This document shows positions 8,717 to 17,038 of a stretch of 30,205 nt of DNA, piece after piece. Position numbers and translations under genes: made by a program. Every line of letters starts with the position of its first letter. Within the stretch, counting starts at the first letter, position 1. The notes under the pieces were generated by a model that saw nothing but the letters and a program-made list of their open reading frames with translations, searched no databases and was not told where the DNA came from. The DNA is from a virus (taxonomy: Duplodnaviria > Caudoviricetes). The stretch lies in the IMG/VR virus record IMGVR_UViG_3300046710_000085, positions 1 through 30,205 of that record. One strand, given 5' to 3'.

Positions 8717-9352
8717 ATGCCAGAAACAGATGCAACAACTCAAGCGGCCACGTCAACCGCAACCAATGGCGAGAAAGAACAGCAGCAACAGGCAATCACG
8801 GCAGCAAAGCCGGAAACCAAGACACTCACACAAGTCGAAATAGACGCAATAGTCGAAGATCGGCTTGCACGCGATCGGAAGACGCGGGAAGAGAAGCTTG
8901 CAACTGATCTGGGAATGTCCCTCAAGGAAGCAAAGGCCCTTATCGTAGCTCAGAAGAAAGCAAAAGAAGATGAGAAGACTGCTCTTGAGTTGGCAAATGA
9001 AAAGTCTGCCAATCTGGAGAAGTCCCTCAAGGACCGAGATCTCCGAGACTTCAAGCGGACAACTATCGATCAGATGATCGCGGATAAGAAGATCAAGCTT
9101 CCGGATGGCGTTTCAATTTCTGACGTTCTCGATATGGTCAATGGACCCGACGAGGACGGGATTCTTAAGAGCGCGGGGAAACTGCCGAAGTTCTTCCCGT
9201 TTAACGCATCGATGGGCACTAGCACAAACCCGGCCAACACCGCCGCCAAGCCTGCAAACATCGATGAGCAGATCAAAGCCGCTGAGAAAACAGGCAACTG
9301 GAACTTGGCGACTAGCCTTAAAATGGCTAAACAACGCGAAATGTTCAAATAA
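8717..9352 (+). CDS. Capsid scaffolding protein
   Basis: KTLTQVEIDAIVEDRLARDRK motif, coiled coil, position directly before the capsid gene. Confidence 0.85.
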   Translation: MPETDATTQAATSTATNGEKEQQQQAITAAKPETKTLTQVEIDAIVEDRLARDRKTREEKLATDLGMSLKEAKALIVAQKKAKEDEKTALELANEKSANLEKSLKDRDLRDFKRTTIDQMIADKKIKLPDGVSISDVLDMVNGPDEDGILKSAGKLPKFFPFNASMGTSTNPANTAAKPANIDEQIKAAEKTGNWNLATSLKMAKQREMFK

Positions 9353-9366
9353 AGGAGATAAGATAT

Positions 9367-10374
9367 ATGGCAAATTCTGATACCATAACAACTTCGTTTC
9401 TGACTCCCCAGTATCATGGGCAGCTTCTAACCCAGGGATCGCCTAAGACCCGTTTCCTCGCAATGATTGGAGGGCTCGGTGGTGGCGGCGCAAAGAGAGC
9501 CAGAGGCTGGCAGTTCGCTATGAACAGTCATAACGCTCTGGACGCCAGTGCTCAGGAAGACGTGACTGAGACCGAAGCCCAGACCGCACCCACACCCAGG
9601 AACTATGATCGAGGCCAGGACACTCAGGTCTGCCAGATATTCCATGAAGGAGTAGGCGCTACCTGGGCGGCAGAATCCGATCTCACCAAGCTTTCGGGTC
9701 TGTCCATTACGGGTGATGTCGAGGACATCAACGATCCGTGGGTTTCCAACATGAACATGACGATCGCTCAGATGGCCCAGAACGTCGAATACAATATGCT
9801 GAACGGCCTATACAAGGTCGCTGCAAACGTGGGCGAATCTAACCAGATGCGAGGCATCTTCTCCAGGACAGTCCAGGGGGGCGGCGCAGGAGTTACCCTC
9901 ACCAGTAATGATGTAGATTGTGGCGGGGACGCACTCACCACCGCAGACATAGACGCCCTGATGCTCCTGATGAAGGAGACTGGAGGCAAAGAGGGTACCG
10001 ATGGCATAACCATTGTGGGTAGGTATAGCTCCTTGAAGAAGCTTGCAGACCTCTATGGCATATCTGTGGCGGCCGGACCCTTGAACAATATAGGAACGGT
10101 CGCAGGCCAGATAGACACCATCGTCACCCAGGGCGGCAGGTTCCCTCTGGTTGAGGTTCCTCAGATGCCTGCTGCCACGCTCGGCTTCCTGAACATGTCC
10201 AAGATCAGCCCCGTATTCCTTCCGGTCCCTGAGAAGAACGGCAGACCTGGAGGCTATTTGTTCTACACTCCGCTCGCTCTCACAGGCGCAGCCGACAAGG
10301 GCCAGCTCTACGGCCAGATCTCGATAGACATCGGCGCAGAAGAATTTCATGGCGCCGTCTGGGATTTCATCTGA
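9367..10374 (+). CDS. Major capsid protein (HK97 fold, SU10/DUF5309-like)
   Basis: 335 aa after the scaffold; motifs KTRFLAMIGG, TQVCQIF, QMRGI and GQLYGQISIDIGAEEFHG. Confidence 0.9.
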   Translation: MANSDTITTSFLTPQYHGQLLTQGSPKTRFLAMIGGLGGGGAKRARGWQFAMNSHNALDASAQEDVTETEAQTAPTPRNYDRGQDTQVCQIFHEGVGATWAAESDLTKLSGLSITGDVEDINDPWVSNMNMTIAQMAQNVEYNMLNGLYKVAANVGESNQMRGIFSRTVQGGGAGVTLTSNDVDCGGDALTTADIDALMLLMKETGGKEGTDGITIVGRYSSLKKLADLYGISVAAGPLNNIGTVAGQIDTIVTQGGRFPLVEVPQMPAATLGFLNMSKISPVFLPVPEKNGRPGGYLFYTPLALTGAADKGQLYGQISIDIGAEEFHGAVWDFI

Positions 10375-10381
10375 GGTCTCT

Positions 10382-11074
10382 ATGAGAAAATTCTTCGTAG
10401 GGCTTCTTGCCCTCTTTTTGCTGCTGTCTACTGTAAGTGCTGTTGTTCCTATATCTGGTGGAATGCAAGGCGCGCATTTCAGATATATGTTGGTAGACGG
10501 TGTGAAGAGCTCTGCCACCGACAATGTGTTTGGACAGATCGCCATCCAGACAATAGCTGCTGCCGAAACTACTGACACTGACCAGATCAAGGCAGCTTCG
10601 GTAAACAGTTTCAACAGTACTACCCACTTCCTGCTGTGCTCTAGTGGCGTTGGTAGTTCTCGCTTCCTGGCACAGCCCGATGTTCCCCGGAACATCATAG
10701 CCACTATGAATGCGAGCACAACGGGCAGCTTGAAGCTCACAGGCACCGACATCTCGAATGCTGCTATTACTGAAAATCTCACCTGGGCAGCGGCGGCTGG
10801 CGCAAAGTCCAGCACAAGAGCTTTCAAAACAATCACCAGGGTAGACGGTACCTGTACCACCAACACCGCGCAGTTCTTGCTTGGAACCGGGGATCTCCTG
10901 GGCCTGAACACCTTGCTTGGAGCTACCAATACAGTGCTATTCTGTGCGTTGGGTGGCACCAGGGAGGGCACCGCACCTGCCGTGACCGCATCGGCAACAG
11001 TCTTGAGCCAGAATACCATCGATACCGCAAGCGCACCAAGTGGAGCCGTGACGAAGGTCTGGATGGTAGTATGA
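10382..11074 (+). CDS. Head decoration-like beta protein with N-terminal signal peptide
   Basis: True start at ATG 10382 (SD GAGGT). Signal peptide MRKFFVGLLALFLLLSTVSA. QPDVPRNI..LTGTD..ITE..AFKTIT..GTGDLLGL resembles post-capsid structural proteins (recognised from memory). Confidence 0.65.
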   Translation: MRKFFVGLLALFLLLSTVSAVVPISGGMQGAHFRYMLVDGVKSSATDNVFGQIAIQTIAAAETTDTDQIKAASVNSFNSTTHFLLCSSGVGSSRFLAQPDVPRNIIATMNASTTGSLKLTGTDISNAAITENLTWAAAAGAKSSTRAFKTITRVDGTCTTNTAQFLLGTGDLLGLNTLLGATNTVLFCALGGTREGTAPAVTASATVLSQNTIDTASAPSGAVTKVWMVV

Positions 11075-11316
11075 TCGAAACTGTCGAGTTGGTATGCAAG
11101 CGCATTCACATGCCTTACCCCAACGTCAGGATTCCGGCCAATACGCGGGTCGCCATCGGCCCGCCCTGGATCGCTGAGGCCCTTTGTGCGCGGGGATTCT
11201 TCGAGAAAGTTTCTGAAGACATCCTGAAGAAGGAGCGAGAAGCCGAGACCAAAATCAAGGCCGATACTGAGATCAAGGCGAAGGCAGAAAAGAAGGCTAT
11301 CAAGAAAAGTGAGTAA
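11071..11316 (+). CDS. Small hypothetical head-region protein
   Basis: ATGA coupling; K/E-rich tail. Confidence 0.65.
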   Translation: MIETVELVCKRIHMPYPNVRIPANTRVAIGPPWIAEALCARGFFEKVSEDILKKEREAETKIKADTEIKAKAEKKAIKKSE

Positions 11317-11349
11317 GCCTTTCTACAATTATTTTTTTGGAGAATAATA

Positions 11350-11835
11350 ATGACAGAACTTGAAGGCAGTTATGTGAACGAAGCGGACGCTACAACCTAT
11401 TTCACAGGAGATCCGAGATCCACAGCAGCCTTCATTTCTGCTATAGCGTGGTACTTGAAAAGGGCTACCAAAGCCATAGACGGCTTGCCTCTGCGCGGTC
11501 ACAAGTACATGTTCTATGGTACTCAGGTTCGCCAGTTTCCCAGGGAGTACAGAGATGGTTTTGATTGGGATGAATTAACAGGCCTGGTTGAAGTGCCTGA
11601 TCGCGTCTTAGATGCATGTTGTGAGGAGGCTCTGGCACTGTATCTTTTCTATGCAGATACGGATAGGACAGAACGCAAAGCGATGGCAGAAGATGGGGTA
11701 AAGTCCTATAGCCTAGGCGGAGACTACGGCGAGTCCCTAGGCGCTTCTGGCGCAGACAAGCATTATGGCTTGAAGTCTACTGAGGCGTATAATCTCCTGT
11801 CATCCCACATAGCACGATCATTTCCGATTGTATGA
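11350..11835 (+). CDS. Head-tail adaptor (DnaT-like family)
   Basis: SYVNEADATTYF, LKRATKAID, QVRQFPR, VPDRVLDACCEEALAL and GVKSYSLG match the family pattern. Confidence 0.8.
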   Translation: MTELEGSYVNEADATTYFTGDPRSTAAFISAIAWYLKRATKAIDGLPLRGHKYMFYGTQVRQFPREYRDGFDWDELTGLVEVPDRVLDACCEEALALYLFYADTDRTERKAMAEDGVKSYSLGGDYGESLGASGADKHYGLKSTEAYNLLSSHIARSFPIV

Positions 11836-11864
11836 GGTTTGTTGTGCTGAATTAAAATAAGGAT

Positions 11865-12431
11865 GTGATTATTATTGTTCCTGGTATCCGCAAAACGGCG
11901 TCGCGTGTGGATCGCACAAGCTGGAAGATCTTCTCCGGTCTTGCCTCTGTATTGCCATCCCTGGTAAGCGGTGATGGCCTGCCAACGGCGCCGTTCAAGT
12001 GCGCTGTGACCTGCTCCGTAGTGACAGGACACGCAGATGTCACCGGCTCAGTCACAATCGGGGCAGAGGTGATATCCTTCACCAGTGCCACCAGGAAGAC
12101 ATCCACAACGCTCCTGACTGCCTTGCCTGTCATCACTCAGAGTGGCCTGGACTGTCAGATATTAATTGAGGTCTTGTCATCTGGTGGGGTGAATATCTCG
12201 AAAGAGAGCCTGACCTCGATACTCATCGGCTTCAAGGCCACCCAGAAGACCTTCATGGATTCGACCGGGGCTTTCACCCTGTGCTCTGCCCAGGCCAAGA
12301 CCACAGATACGCTATGCGTGGCGGGAGCGATCCTGCGGGTGGATGGGATCGACTACACTATTGTGCAGGTTGAGGTAAAAACGAAGATGAGCGGAAGAGA
12401 GTACATGCGTAAGCTCTTGCTGAAACAATGA
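11865..12431 (+). CDS. Putative head-closure/connector protein
   Basis: Follows the adaptor; C-terminus GAILRVDGIDYTIVQVEVK...YMRKLLL resembles stopper proteins; exact start uncertain. Confidence 0.55.
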   Translation: MIIIVPGIRKTASRVDRTSWKIFSGLASVLPSLVSGDGLPTAPFKCAVTCSVVTGHADVTGSVTIGAEVISFTSATRKTSTTLLTALPVITQSGLDCQILIEVLSSGGVNISKESLTSILIGFKATQKTFMDSTGAFTLCSAQAKTTDTLCVAGAILRVDGIDYTIVQVEVKTKMSGREYMRKLLLKQ

Positions 12432-13171
12432 CCCCGGATGAGCAGATCCTCAAGCTCCTGAAAGACTGGGCTCCGGATGTAATCAATTTGCTCACAGAAG
12501 CGGATTATTTCAAGCTTCCTCGCGACTCCATCAAGCGCCAGGAGATTGCCAAGAAGATCGGCCTGGACACAAACGGTAAGCTCTTCAATCGGGTTCTAAA
12601 AGCATCGATGGACAAGAACGAATCTATCTCAAGCATAGTCTTGGACGAGTATTCGCTTAGAGCCTTCAAATCAGGCGCAAGAGAAGTCGCAAAGCAGCTC
12701 AATATTCCCTTTTCAAAGTATGACTGGAACGAAGGCGCGCAGGAGCACTTTCAGGAGCACGGTCTTCAGCTCGTGAAGAACATGAGCCAGACTGATCTTG
12801 ATTCTCTTCGAGATCGCATTCAATATGATTTCAACCTGAACCCAAAGGACTTCGCCGAGAAGTATGCAGACTCCTATTCATGTTCTCCGTCTCGATTAGA
12901 ACGTATCAAGAGAACTGAAAGTCATACCGAAACACAGGCAGGAGGATATGGCTTCGCAGGGGAAGCAGATTGTCAGTATGCTCAATGGATGTGTCACCCT
13001 GCGGGCAAGTATCCCCGGCCTTCTCATAGGGCCTGTTGGTATGAGGTCGTGAAATACGGTGAGCCGTTCAGTATAAGGCAAGTCTGGCCATCTGATCCGA
13101 ATTGTCGATGTTACTTATTGTTTTACCTAGACAAAGACCACTTAGACCGAAAAGCGCAGAAGGCAGAATAA
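12428..13171 (+). CDS. Minor head protein (SPP1 gp7 / Mu gpF-like)
   Basis: RLERIKRTE, W...PRPSHRAC and PSDPNCRCYL motifs. Confidence 0.8.
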   Translation: MTPDEQILKLLKDWAPDVINLLTEADYFKLPRDSIKRQEIAKKIGLDTNGKLFNRVLKASMDKNESISSIVLDEYSLRAFKSGAREVAKQLNIPFSKYDWNEGAQEHFQEHGLQLVKNMSQTDLDSLRDRIQYDFNLNPKDFAEKYADSYSCSPSRLERIKRTESHTETQAGGYGFAGEADCQYAQWMCHPAGKYPRPSHRACWYEVVKYGEPFSIRQVWPSDPNCRCYLLFYLDKDHLDRKAQKAE

Positions 13172-13263
13172 ATACATATCACCGACACGATGATCCAAAT
13201 ACCCAAAACTCTGTCGCATGTAAGCGATTTTAGAGATATTACTCTAATAGAGGTTGATATTAA

Positions 13264-13584
13264 ATGGCACTTTACGATAATGTAACAAGGATTAGGAATA
13301 GCCTAGAGGCTGCCAGAGTTATAACCACAGGCCAAACCACTCTAACTGATGCTAATCAGAAACGGTTACATTCAGGTTCTATAATATACAAACGTCTGTT
13401 CCTTGCGTTAAGTCCTGCAAACCCAATTGGAGATCCAATATACGTGGGGTTGACAGGAGTTACTCCTTCTACCGGGTTTCCTGTCCCAGATATCGGAGAA
13501 CTGGTTATGATGAATATTGACATAAATACACTTTATGTTATCGGCACGGCAACTGATATAGTTTGTTGGAGGGGTGAAGTATGA
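13264..13584 (+). CDS. Small beta-rich putative virion protein
   Basis: SD GAGGTTGA; PIYVGLTGVTPSTGFPV; ATGA-coupled to the DGR target gene. Confidence 0.65.
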   Translation: MALYDNVTRIRNSLEAARVITTGQTTLTDANQKRLHSGSIIYKRLFLALSPANPIGDPIYVGLTGVTPSTGFPVPDIGELVMMNIDINTLYVIGTATDIVCWRGEV

Positions 13585-15398
13585 CATTGGATGCAATACT
13601 AAGAAGATTTCTGAAAGCACGTGATCAGGACATGGGCGGGCGTAAGCTCATGGCAGTGGGCGCGCCTACACAAGCGGGCGATGCAGTTCGCTGGGATGAG
13701 TTGCAGGTCGGCCTCAACTACATCATAGGTGTCGAGTGGGACACGTCAAGCAGCTCCCCGGCCCTAACGCAGATCGATGCCTATGGCACGGCGATCACCC
13801 AGAAGTCGCACGCCTGGTTCGACAGCCATCCCATTTACGGGAACATGTGGCGCTGCTTGCTGTCTGTGGCAGGAGTTCCCACGTTCGGCCAAAATGCCCG
13901 GGGAACCGGTCTCACGTTAGATGGTTCAGCCGGTCAAGTGATGGTTAGGATACCAAAGTGCTACGTCAAATCCGAGAAAGTCGATACCAAAATCCGATGG
14001 TGGATCTCGCCGGTGGCCTTTACAGGCTTTGAAATCCACCCCGCCTTCTTACAGCGAGGTGGCATCGAAAGGGCGCAGCTCTATCTGGGTGCCTATGCAG
14101 CCTGCCTGGGCATCGTTCCTGTGACGGGCGTAAAGTATCTCGTATCCAAGTCTGGCGAACAGCCGCTTACAGGTGGTGAGATTATCGAAGTCTCGTTCGA
14201 TTCCGGATCTGTGGCCCCGGTCGTGGGTGAAATCATCACAGGCGAACCCAGTCTCATGAAAGGGGCTGTAGTCGCGTCATATGTAGCGACAGGATCTTAC
14301 GCAGGAGGGGACGCGGCAGGAAAAGTCTACGTCAAGGCTGTCTCGAGAAGACTGAATTTCAATACCGGTGGACACGAACCTGTGGTAGGTGAAGTCATCA
14401 CAGGAGCCACGTCAGGGGCAACGGGAATCTGTTCAAAGGTCGTTGTCACCTCGGGCTCATGGGGAACCAGTGATGCTTTAGGATACATCTTGCTCGAAGG
14501 CGGGAGCGGTAATGGATATGCCTATACGGTCGCCGAGAACATCCGGGACCCAAGCAGCAACGTGGTCGCAAAACCTACAGACGACGGCTCGACGTTAGGG
14601 CAGTTCACCGTTGGCGGTAACTTTGATGGATCTGTCGGTGGAGCCAATCTGATGACCTGCCAGAGCGTAGGCAGCGCGCTGGCATTTACGAGACAAAATG
14701 CCGAAACTTATGCGAACAACATCGGATCGTCTCGTTGGGGCTGCGAGAACATTTGGTCACTCGATCTCGTAACTATGCTCTATCTGATCGAGTATGGGAA
14801 CTGGAATTCTCAGAGCGTATCGGTCGGGATTGGCCAAGGGGTTGTGAACAAATCAGCAGGGCGACGATTTAATGGCGAGATGAACGGTGCCTTGAGTGCA
14901 AATAGCAACATTGCCGTCAATGGAACAGGCACCGGAACAGGAACCGACGGTTTGACCCCCATAGTTTACCGGGGTATCGAGAATCTCTGGGGCAACGTCT
15001 ACCAATTCGTCATTGGGCTGGACGCACTCGATGCTGCTTATAGAATTCTGAATCGAAACGGAACTGGGGTCCCGGCTTGTCCTTTAACAGCCGGAAACTA
15101 CGAAAGTTCCGTGGCAGCTCCGATTGCTTATAACGTCTCGACTATGCCGGACGGATACGCAAAAGATCTGCTATACGAGGATCTTACCAAGTATCTCTGC
15201 ATAGCAAACTTGGGCGCAGGCTCTTCAGGCACCTATCTCTGCGATATGATTTATTGGCACAGGCCTGGGCAAGTGAATGTTTGGCTCGTCGGTAGCTTTT
15301 GGTCCGTTGGCGCGCTTACGGGTGTCGGCTATCGGTCTGCGATTTTCGTTGCGTCGCTTTCGGCTCGTGGTGTCGGGGCGCGGCCCGAGTTCGTATGA
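13581..15398 (+). CDS. DGR target protein: putative fibre/receptor-binding protein with C-terminal C-type-lectin-fold variable domain
   Basis: GFEIHPAF, YLGAYAA, MLYLIEYGNWNSQ, YRGIENLWGNVYQF and the terminal GARPEF are typical of CLec-fold DGR targets. The last 40 codons contain the VR. Confidence 0.9.
   Translation: MTLDAILRRFLKARDQDMGGRKLMAVGAPTQAGDAVRWDELQVGLNYIIGVEWDTSSSSPALTQIDAYGTAITQKSHAWFDSHPIYGNMWRCLLSVAGVPTFGQNARGTGLTLDGSAGQVMVRIPKCYVKSEKVDTKIRWWISPVAFTGFEIHPAFLQRGGIERAQLYLGAYAACLGIVPVTGVKYLVSKSGEQPLTGGEIIEVSFDSGSVAPVVGEIITGEPSLMKGAVVASYVATGSYAGGDAAGKVYVKAVSRRLNFNTGGHEPVVGEVITGATSGATGICSKVVVTSGSWGTSDALGYILLEGGSGNGYAYTVAENIRDPSSNVVAKPTDDGSTLGQFTVGGNFDGSVGGANLMTCQSVGSALAFTRQNAETYANNIGSSRWGCENIWSLDLVTMLYLIEYGNWNSQSVSVGIGQGVVNKSAGRRFNGEMNGALSANSNIAVNGTGTGTGTDGLTPIVYRGIENLWGNVYQFVIGLDALDAAYRILNRNGTGVPACPLTAGNYESSVAAPIAYNVSTMPDGYAKDLLYEDLTKYLCIANLGAGSSGTYLCDMIYWHRPGQVNVWLVGSFWSVGALTGVGYRSAIFVASLSARGVGARPEFV
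15279..15389 (+). repeat. DGR variable repeat (VR)
   Basis: Ungapped 111-bp match to 15760-15870; 28 mismatches, every one opposite an A in TR. Confidence 0.97.
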
Positions 15399-15421
15399 GA
15401 ACGTAGCACGGAAGACGAAAA

Positions 15422-15730
15422 ATGGGATACCAGAGGTTCTCCGAGTTCGCAAAAGAGGATAAACACTTAGAAGGCCCCAAGAAGAGGATTGACGAGGCTT
15501 TAAACCTCGAAATCCTTATCACGGGCTACAAAATAGGTAAAAGCCGGTACAAGAATAGAAACAGCAACGAAGATATGGATTACCTATCTTTGCAAATAGA
15601 GATCAACGGTGAAAAGTTTGTAATCTTTACCGGCTCGCGTGTATTGGCAGAGCAAGTAGAAAAATACAAAGACAAAATACCGTTCTTGGCAAAAATTGTC
15701 AAGATAGATCGGTATTATTCCTTGTCCTAA
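15422..15730 (+). CDS. DGR accessory protein, not Avd-like (102 aa)
   Basis: Occupies the accessory slot between VR and TR. Alternating beta-strand patterns (EILITGYKI, YLSLQIEING, KFVIFTGS, FLAKIVKI) are unlike the all-helical Avd. Confidence 0.8.
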   Translation: MGYQRFSEFAKEDKHLEGPKKRIDEALNLEILITGYKIGKSRYKNRNSNEDMDYLSLQIEINGEKFVIFTGSRVLAEQVEKYKDKIPFLAKIVKIDRYYSLS

Positions 15731-15991
15731 AAATCAGGGTTGGTCAGGTCACGAAAGCTGTTTGGATCGTCAGTAGCAATTGGAACAATGGCACGAATAC
15801 AGGTGTCGGCTATCGGAATGCGAATAACGTTACGTCGAATTCGAATCGTAATATCGGAGCACAGCCCGAGCTCGGGAGAGCTAAGTCTCGAACAGTGACT
15901 TAACCAGAACCGAAAGGTCAAATACACTACGAACTGAGGTGCGGTGTTAGTACCGAAAGGGAAAGTTCGGCACCTCAGCGAGGCTATTTTC
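15731..15991 (+). ncRNA. Predicted DGR template RNA (5' flank + TR + structured spacer)
   Basis: 15741-15752 can pair with 15895-15906. GNRA hairpins AGCTC-GGGA-GAGCT and ACC-GAAA-GGT. 9-bp stem CTGAGGTGC/GCACCTCAG. Boundaries are approximate. Confidence 0.7.
15760..15870 (+). repeat. DGR template repeat (TR)
   Basis: Intergenic copy of VR with 8 AAT and 2 AAC triplets in the VR reading frame; 33 adenines in total. Confidence 0.97.
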
Positions 15992-17038
15992 ATGAAGCGA
16001 CATGGGAACCTTTACAGTCGAATATGCGACATGGAAAACCTCAAGCTTGCCCATATTAATGCTCGAAAAGGCAAACTCCGTTATAGTGAAGTTCAAAACG
16101 TCAATCAGAACCCTGCGATGTATCTGAGCGGCCTGCGAAGAATGCTTCTTGATAAGACCTACAAGACCGCGCCCTATAAGCTCATGCAGGTTTATGAGCC
16201 GAAGAAGCGCACTATCTACAAGCTGCCATACTATCCTGATCGGATTGCGCATCATGCTATCATGAACGTGCTGCAACCCATCTGGGACAAGACCTTCATA
16301 GATGATGTCTACTCTGCCATCCCGGGCCGAGGGCTCCACGCGGGCCTTATCAGATTAAGGCAGTTCATGAGAGACGAGCCAGGCACTCAATATTGCCTAA
16401 AGTTCGATATCAGCAAGTTCTATCCATCGGTTGATCATGAGATTCTCTTAGATCTCATCTGGCGCAAGATCAAGTGCAAGGACACAATGTGGCTCCTGGA
16501 AGAAATTATTCGTAGTCCAGGCGGAAATAAGAACATCCCTATAGGCAATTACCTCTCCCAGTATTTTGCTCAGATCTATCTGGATCCACTGGATAGATGG
16601 ATTAAAGAAGAAAACCATATGCACTATTACATTCGTTATGGAGACGATGGCGTTATCCTTCATAGCGATCGGAAATTCCTGAAGGATTTGCTGACCGGAA
16701 TCGCAGGCTTCATGAAAGAACACCTCGATTTGACCATCAATTCCAAGAGCCGCGTGTTCCCCGCCGATTCGGCCGGGATAGACTTCCTGGGATACCGGAC
16801 TTTCCGAGACTATTCATTGCTTCGGTCAAGTGCGGCAAAGAGGTTCAAGAAAAAGATCCACTTCATAGAAGAAAATCATGCTTCGATGGAACCTCAGACG
16901 ATTGTAAGCGTGATCATGTCCTACCTCGGATGGATCGGATTTTGCAATGGTTACAATCTGAAAAGGAAATATGTCACCGAAAATGATAAAATTTTATCAA
17001 TATTAACACAGGCGAACGAGGTACTTCATGCAAGATAG
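15992..17038 (+). CDS. DGR reverse transcriptase (348 aa)
   Basis: Start MKRHGNLYSRI..ENLKLAH..ARKGK; YPDRIAHHA; YCLKFDISKFYPSVDH; IPIGNYLSQ (SQ signature of DGR RTs); catalytic YIRYGDD; GIDFLGY. Confidence 0.97.
   Translation: MKRHGNLYSRICDMENLKLAHINARKGKLRYSEVQNVNQNPAMYLSGLRRMLLDKTYKTAPYKLMQVYEPKKRTIYKLPYYPDRIAHHAIMNVLQPIWDKTFIDDVYSAIPGRGLHAGLIRLRQFMRDEPGTQYCLKFDISKFYPSVDHEILLDLIWRKIKCKDTMWLLEEIIRSPGGNKNIPIGNYLSQYFAQIYLDPLDRWIKEENHMHYYIRYGDDGVILHSDRKFLKDLLTGIAGFMKEHLDLTINSKSRVFPADSAGIDFLGYRTFRDYSLLRSSAAKRFKKKIHFIEENHASMEPQTIVSVIMSYLGWIGFCNGYNLKRKYVTENDKILSILTQANEVLHAR

Larger units (their letters stand above)
13581..17038 (+). mobile_element. Diversity-generating retroelement cassette (target/VR - accessory gene - TR - spacer - RT)
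   Basis: VR/TR pair with exclusively adenine-specific mismatches next to an intact DGR-class RT. Confidence 0.97.

Noticed and set aside
9808-11109. 433-aa minus-strand ORF
   Set aside because: Antisense shadow of the capsid and decoration genes; no motifs or SD. The same applies to the other minus-strand ORFs such as 2411-3127.
15944-15991. N-terminal extension of the RT in the ORF track
   Set aside because: This stretch is the structured spacer; the typical DGR RT start MKRxGNLY begins at ATG 15992.
15992-17038. RT as group II intron, retron or defence RT
   Set aside because: No maturase or endonuclease extension; the SQ motif and adjacent A-specific TR/VR pair identify it as DGR.
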